Source: a virus (taxonomy: Duplodnaviria; Heunggongvirae; Uroviricota; Caudoviricetes). Taken from it: a stretch of DNA of 19,362 bases. Under the pieces are notes generated by a model. The model saw only the letters and a list, made by a program, of their open reading frames with translations. It searched no databases and had not been told where the DNA came from. The stretch lies in the IMG/VR virus record IMGVR_UViG_2695420739_000013, positions 1 to 19,362 of that record; one strand, 5' to 3'. Positions 15,922-19,362 of this stretch are shown here, in pieces. Both the position numbers and the translations under genes were made by a program. Numbering within the stretch: position 1 is the stretch's first letter; the number at the start of each line of letters is the position of its first letter.

Positions 15922-16173
15922 ATGATGAACATCGAAGAACTGCGTAAAATTTTTTGTGAAGATGGCCTCTATGCTGTGTGCGTTGAAAATGGAAATCTTG
16001 TTAGTCATTACCGCATTATGTGTTTGCGAAAGAATGGGGCTGCGTTAATTAATTTTGTGGATGGTCGAGTGACAGACGGATTTATCTTGCGCGAAGGTGA
16101 GTTTGTCACTTCATTACAGGCACTGAAAGAGATCGGAATAAAAGCAGGCTTTTCAGCTTTTGCAGAAGAATAA
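15922..16173 (+). CDS. Small prophage protein, Rem-like by position (Qin order hokD-rem-ydfU)
   Basis: 83-aa ORF with a GGAAGGA Shine-Dalgarno. The assignment rests on size and synteny, not on confident sequence recognition. Confidence 0.55.
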   Translation: MMNIEELRKIFCEDGLYAVCVENGNLVSHYRIMCLRKNGAALINFVDGRVTDGFILREGEFVTSLQALKEIGIKAGFSAFAEE

Positions 16174-16239
16174 ACTCATCTACAATCTTGCGCGGGGCTG
16201 AACTCCCGCTGAGTAACACCGTGCCACCGGAGAAAACCG

Positions 16240-16518
16240 ATGGCACGCAACGTAAAATATTACAATTCTGATAATTCGCCCGTTCTTGCCTGCACGCACG
16301 AGCGGTATTCTCACGCATTCAAGTCTGAATGGTTCCAACACCCTCCATGTACTGAAGAGCAGGCTGAATGGATAATTCAGTGTTACCGCAGGCGCGGATA
16401 CGAGGTTAAGAAAGCCCTTAGTCTCGACTACCGTCACTGGATAATCTCCGTCAGGCTTCCTTACTCTGAACGCCCACCGCGTCCGTCTCGCACATTCCAG
16501 CAACGCATCTGGAGGTAA
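16240..16518 (+). CDS. Hypothetical prophage protein (92 aa)
   Basis: ORF with a GGAG Shine-Dalgarno, directly abutting the downstream DUF968 gene. No motif recognised. Confidence 0.45.
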   Translation: MARNVKYYNSDNSPVLACTHERYSHAFKSEWFQHPPCTEEQAEWIIQCYRRRGYEVKKALSLDYRHWIISVRLPYSERPPRPSRTFQQRIWR

Positions 16519-16519
16519 C

Positions 16520-17569
16520 GTGCGGGTATTACTTCGACCTGTTCTGGTACCGGAACTCGGGCTGGTGATCGTTAAGCCGGGCCGTGAATCCATGCCAGTA
16601 TTCCACAATACCCGGGTATTGATGGAGCCGGAACCGAAAAGCATGCGTAATCTGCCGTCCGGGGTCGTTCCTGCCGTTCGCCAGCCGCTGGAGGAAGACA
16701 AAACATTGCTGCCGTTTTTCAGTAACGCACGGGTGATTCGTGCTGCTGGTGGTGCAGGTGCATTGTCTGACTGGCTGTTGCGCCATATTAAATCCTGCCA
16801 GTGGCCACACGGCGATTATCATCACAGCGAAACTGTCATTCACCGTTATGGTACCGGCGCAATGGTGTTGTGCTGGCACTGCGACAACCAGCTGCGTGAC
16901 CAGACATCCGAATCACTCGAGCAACTTGCTCATCAAAACCTGTCAGCATGGATGATTGACGTCATCGGTCACGCAATAAGCGGTACGCAGGAGCGTGAAT
17001 TATCTTTGGCTGAATTATCCTGGTGGGCGGTCCGCAATCAGGTGGCGGACGCGCTACCGGAAGCGGTATTACGTCGTTCGCTGGGGGTGCGTGCGGAAAA
17101 AATCCGCTCAATGTACCGTGAAAGCGACATCGTGCCGGGAGAGCAGACCGCCACCAGCATACTGAAGCAGCGCACAAAAAATATTGCGTTACTGCCTGAC
17201 GTCCACCAGCAACAGAACCCACCACAGGAAAAGACGGTGGTCAGCATTGCCGTTGATCCTGAGTCTCCGGAATCTTTCATGAAACGACCTAAACGTCGCC
17301 GCTGGGTTAACGAGAAATACACACGCTGGGTGAAGACTCAGCCGTGTGCGTGTTGTGGTAAGCCAGCCGACGATCCCCATCACCTGATTGGTCATGGTCA
17401 GGGCGGAATGGGGACAAAATCTCACGATATTTTCACGCTACCGCTGTGTCGGGAGCATCACAACGAGCTTCATGCGGATCCGCTGGCGTTCGAAGAAAAG
17501 CATGGCTCTCAGGTTGATTTAATTTTTCGTTTTCTTGATCACGCCTTTGCAACTGGCGTGCTTGGGTAA
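16520..17569 (+). CDS. DUF968-family prophage protein (YdfU-like) with a C-terminal Cys/His-rich HNH-like region
   Basis: 349 aa, GTG start. C-terminus ..CACCGKPADDPHHLIGHG...LPLCREHHNELH.. Position upstream of rusA and Q matches Qin-type prophages. Confidence 0.7.
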   Translation: MRVLLRPVLVPELGLVIVKPGRESMPVFHNTRVLMEPEPKSMRNLPSGVVPAVRQPLEEDKTLLPFFSNARVIRAAGGAGALSDWLLRHIKSCQWPHGDYHHSETVIHRYGTGAMVLCWHCDNQLRDQTSESLEQLAHQNLSAWMIDVIGHAISGTQERELSLAELSWWAVRNQVADALPEAVLRRSLGVRAEKIRSMYRESDIVPGEQTATSILKQRTKNIALLPDVHQQQNPPQEKTVVSIAVDPESPESFMKRPKRRRWVNEKYTRWVKTQPCACCGKPADDPHHLIGHGQGGMGTKSHDIFTLPLCREHHNELHADPLAFEEKHGSQVDLIFRFLDHAFATGVLG

Positions 17570-17581
17570 AAGAGGTGACTG

Positions 17582-17953
17582 ATGCTCATAGATTTGGTTT
17601 TACCTTACCCGCCGACGGTGAACACTTACTGGCGACGCCGTGGCAGCACATATTTTATCTCGGAGGAGGGAAAGCGTTATCGCCGGGCTGTGGCGCTTAT
17701 TGTTCGCCAGCAGCGGCTGAAATTAAGCCTGTCCGGAAGGCTGGCGATAAAGGTGATTGCAGAGCCACCGGATAAGCGCCGTCGTGACCTGGACAATATC
17801 CTGAAAGCACCACTGGATGCGCTGACGCATGCCGAACTTCTCATAGACGACGAGCAGTTTGATGAAATCAATATTGTGCGCGGTCAGCTCGTTCCTGGTG
17901 GGCGACTGGGCGTGAAGATTTACGAAATCACAGGTGATAACGATGGCGCGTGA
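17582..17953 (+). CDS. rusA: Holliday-junction resolvase RusA
   Basis: 123 aa. ..[19 protein letters not shown].. and the overall pattern match RusA (K-12 has ..DRRRRDLDNLQKAAFDALT..). Confidence 0.85.
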   Translation: MLIDLVLPYPPTVNTYWRRRGSTYFISEEGKRYRRAVALIVRQQRLKLSLSGRLAIKVIAEPPDKRRRDLDNILKAPLDALTHAELLIDDEQFDEINIVRGQLVPGGRLGVKIYEITGDNDGA

Positions 17954-18329
17954 TATTCAGCAGGTTATGGAACGGTGGGGGGCTTGGGCTGCAAACACTC
18001 ATGAAGATGTATCCTGGGCGTCGATCGCTGCTGGTTTTAAAGGGTTAATTCCGTCGAAAGTGAAATCACGTCCTCAGTGTTCTGATGATGATGCAATGAT
18101 AATTTGTGGCTGTATGGCCCGGTTAAACAAGAAAAATCAGGATTTGCACGATTTGCTGGTGGATTATTACGTATATGGAATGACTTTTATGAGTCTGGCA
18201 CGGAAACTTGGATGTTCGGATACCTGTGTTGGTAAGCGCCTGCAGAAGGCGGAAGGGGTTATCGATGGCATGTTGATGATGCTTGATATCCGGCTGGAGA
18301 TGGACAGATATGTAGAACGAATTATGTAG
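17943..18329 (+). CDS. Late-gene antiterminator Q (QuuD/phage-21-type)
   Basis: Start at ATG 17943 overlapping the rusA stop (track ORF from GTG 17934). [35 protein letters not shown]...[18 protein letters not shown]... closely matches K-12 QuuD as I recall it. Confidence 0.8.
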   Translation: MARDIQQVMERWGAWAANTHEDVSWASIAAGFKGLIPSKVKSRPQCSDDDAMIICGCMARLNKKNQDLHDLLVDYYVYGMTFMSLARKLGCSDTCVGKRLQKAEGVIDGMLMMLDIRLEMDRYVERIM

Positions 18330-18334
18330 GTGCT

Positions 18335-18364
18335 TGACCATATACATTGTCCGGGGCTATATTC
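18335..18364 (+). promoter_or_regulatory. Candidate Q-dependent late promoter (pR'-like)
   Basis: TTGACC at 18335-18340, an 18-bp spacer, then TATATT at 18359-18364, immediately downstream of Q. Confidence 0.45.
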
Positions 18365-18425
18365 CTCGCGCGTCAGCAAAATCTGGCGTCGGGATTGGAA
18401 CCCCGGATATTCAACCGCGACAGAC

Positions 18426-18450
18426 ACACGCCGCGAGCGTGTTTTTTATT
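18426..18450 (+). terminator. tR'-like intrinsic terminator ending a short leader transcript (Q antitermination target)
   Basis: Seen in sequence: ACACGC-cgcga-GCGTGT then TTTTTTATT, about 60-80 nt downstream of the candidate late promoter. Confidence 0.5.
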
Positions 18451-18611
18451 GTCGTAAGCACACGCACATCTGAATAATGGTGGGGCGTATGGGGGAGCTG
18501 AAAGGCTCGCCGGTTGGTTGATCCGGTAGTTCCAACCCTGTACGTCTCACCACCCAATGATTGGAACCTGACGGTGGTGATAGTTAAATCCATCAACCAG
18601 AGGGCGTTATC

Positions 18612-19172
18612 ATGACGACTCAAGTTTCTGTCGAAACTCTTTCCCCGATCACACACAACCAGCTCCCAGTTGTCACTACAGAGTTACTGGCCAAACTATA
18701 TGGCTGTAGCGTCGAGTGTATTCATAGAAATCACCACCGTAATAAAGAGCGATTTGCAGAAGGGAAGCACTACATAATTGCGAAAGGCGCAGACCTCCAA
18801 AATTTGAAAATCTCTTTAAGGGATTTTCAAACGATCGCCCCAAATGTCCGAAAGCTCATACTCTGGACAGAACGCGGAGCAGCCCGTCACGCCAAAATGC
18901 TCGAAACCGATCAGGCGTGGGAAGTATTCGAAAAACTGGAAGACTGTTATTTCAACCAAAAACAACCACCAGCGGCACAAAACACATCTATCGAAAATGA
19001 TGGATGCGCATTACTGATCCACTTCGATAAACATGGTCAGGTTGAGTTCACGGAAAAGGTGCCCGCCGATGCGATGGTATGCACTCTGGAACGGTTTAAA
19101 TTTTATCTGGAGCAACACGGGTGGATCGTTGCCCGTAAAGAGCAACTGGTGGAGCGGTTGATGCGGCTTTAA
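18612..19172 (+). CDS. Hypothetical protein in the Q-proximal moron position; possible ORF6N/KilA-N-like N-terminal DNA-binding domain (weak)
   Basis: 186-aa ORF with a GAGGG Shine-Dalgarno, followed by an intrinsic terminator. The family guess comes from a loose N-terminal pattern only. Confidence 0.65.
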   Translation: MTTQVSVETLSPITHNQLPVVTTELLAKLYGCSVECIHRNHHRNKERFAEGKHYIIAKGADLQNLKISLRDFQTIAPNVRKLILWTERGAARHAKMLETDQAWEVFEKLEDCYFNQKQPPAAQNTSIENDGCALLIHFDKHGQVEFTEKVPADAMVCTLERFKFYLEQHGWIVARKEQLVERLMRL

Positions 19173-19247
19173 AAATTTCCCCCGAACGCTTTACGATCGT
19201 AAAAAGTTGAATATACTGTTAAGAGTGGTTACTACGCCGCACAGCTT

Positions 19248-19273
19248 AAACCCGCCGATGAGCGGGTTTTTTT
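19248..19273 (+). terminator. Rho-independent terminator after the 186-aa gene
   Basis: Seen in sequence: AAACCCGC-cgatga-GCGGGTTT followed by a 7-T run. Confidence 0.55.
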
Positions 19274-19362
19274 GTGCACAGAAAACCCCCAGCTAGGCTG
19301 GGGGTTCCGGAAAGCTTTCAGCTTTGAGCCAGTTATTAAAACCCCTTTTGATTTGTTAAAAC
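19268..19362. repeat. Right copy of the 95-bp perfect inverted repeat (partner 25-119); truncated by the window end
   Basis: Seen in sequence: exact reverse complement of 25-119. The match reaches the final base of the window, so the repeat may be longer. Confidence 0.85.

Larger units (their letters stand above)
1989..19362. mobile_element. Lambdoid (Qin/Rac-like) prophage, left arm and early region; extends beyond the right window edge
   Basis: Gene order int-xis-exonuclease-dicB/dicF-repressor/cro-O/P-hok-DUF968-rusA-Q read from the ORF translations. Interrupts the host potABCD operon. Confidence 0.85.

Noticed and set aside
16180-16701. Minus-strand 173-aa ORF overlapping the 92-aa and DUF968 genes
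   Set aside because: Antisense to two co-oriented prophage genes; Ser/Arg/Thr-rich low-complexity translation typical of a spurious frame.
16529-17425. Minus-strand ORFs (78-116 aa) inside the DUF968 gene
   Set aside because: Antisense overlaps within a long ORF whose C-terminal Cys/His motifs support the plus-strand reading.
18330-18611. tRNA genes between Q and the next gene, as in Stx phages
   Set aside because: No T-arm (GGTTCGAATCC-like) or cloverleaf-compatible segment was found by eye; the GTTCCAACC-type repeats do not fit tRNA geometry. Low confidence without tRNAscan-SE.
25-19362. Terminal inverted repeats as prophage att sites or as the inverted repeats of a composite transposon
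   Set aside because: att cores are direct repeats and the left copy lies outside the prophage, downstream of potD. No transposase is present, and each copy looks like an ordinary convergent-terminator intergenic region.
1-19362. CRISPR array
   Set aside because: No regularly spaced short direct repeats with unique spacers are present; the only repeat arrays are the iteron-like repeats and the operator motifs.

Overview
The window holds the 3' end of the host potABCD operon (potD, potC, and a start-less potB tail) followed by the left arm and early region of a Qin/Rac-like lambdoid prophage, which runs off the right edge. Prophage modules in order: integrase and excisionase; a large exonuclease with a C-terminal DEDDh domain; the dicB/dicF cell-division-inhibitor cassette; a DicA-like repressor with a divergent Cro-like gene and a YdaT-like gene; O-like and P-like replication genes with iteron-like repeats; hok, a DUF968 gene, rusA and a Q antiterminator with a late promoter and terminator; then one further gene of uncertain function. 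Between the replication genes and hok sits a visibly AT-rich accessory island (~10.9-15.3 kb). It carries an unrecognised 281-aa protein, a decayed tyrosine-recombinase gene, and an overlapping ABC-type ATPase + HNH nuclease pair that I read as a Septu-like (PtuA/PtuB-type) anti-phage candidate; this is the most interesting locus. A perfect 95-bp inverted repeat bounds the window (25-119 vs 19268-19362) and reaches the last base, so its true length and meaning cannot be settled here. All product names rest on motifs read by eye and on recalled similarity to E. coli K-12 proteins; no database search was run.
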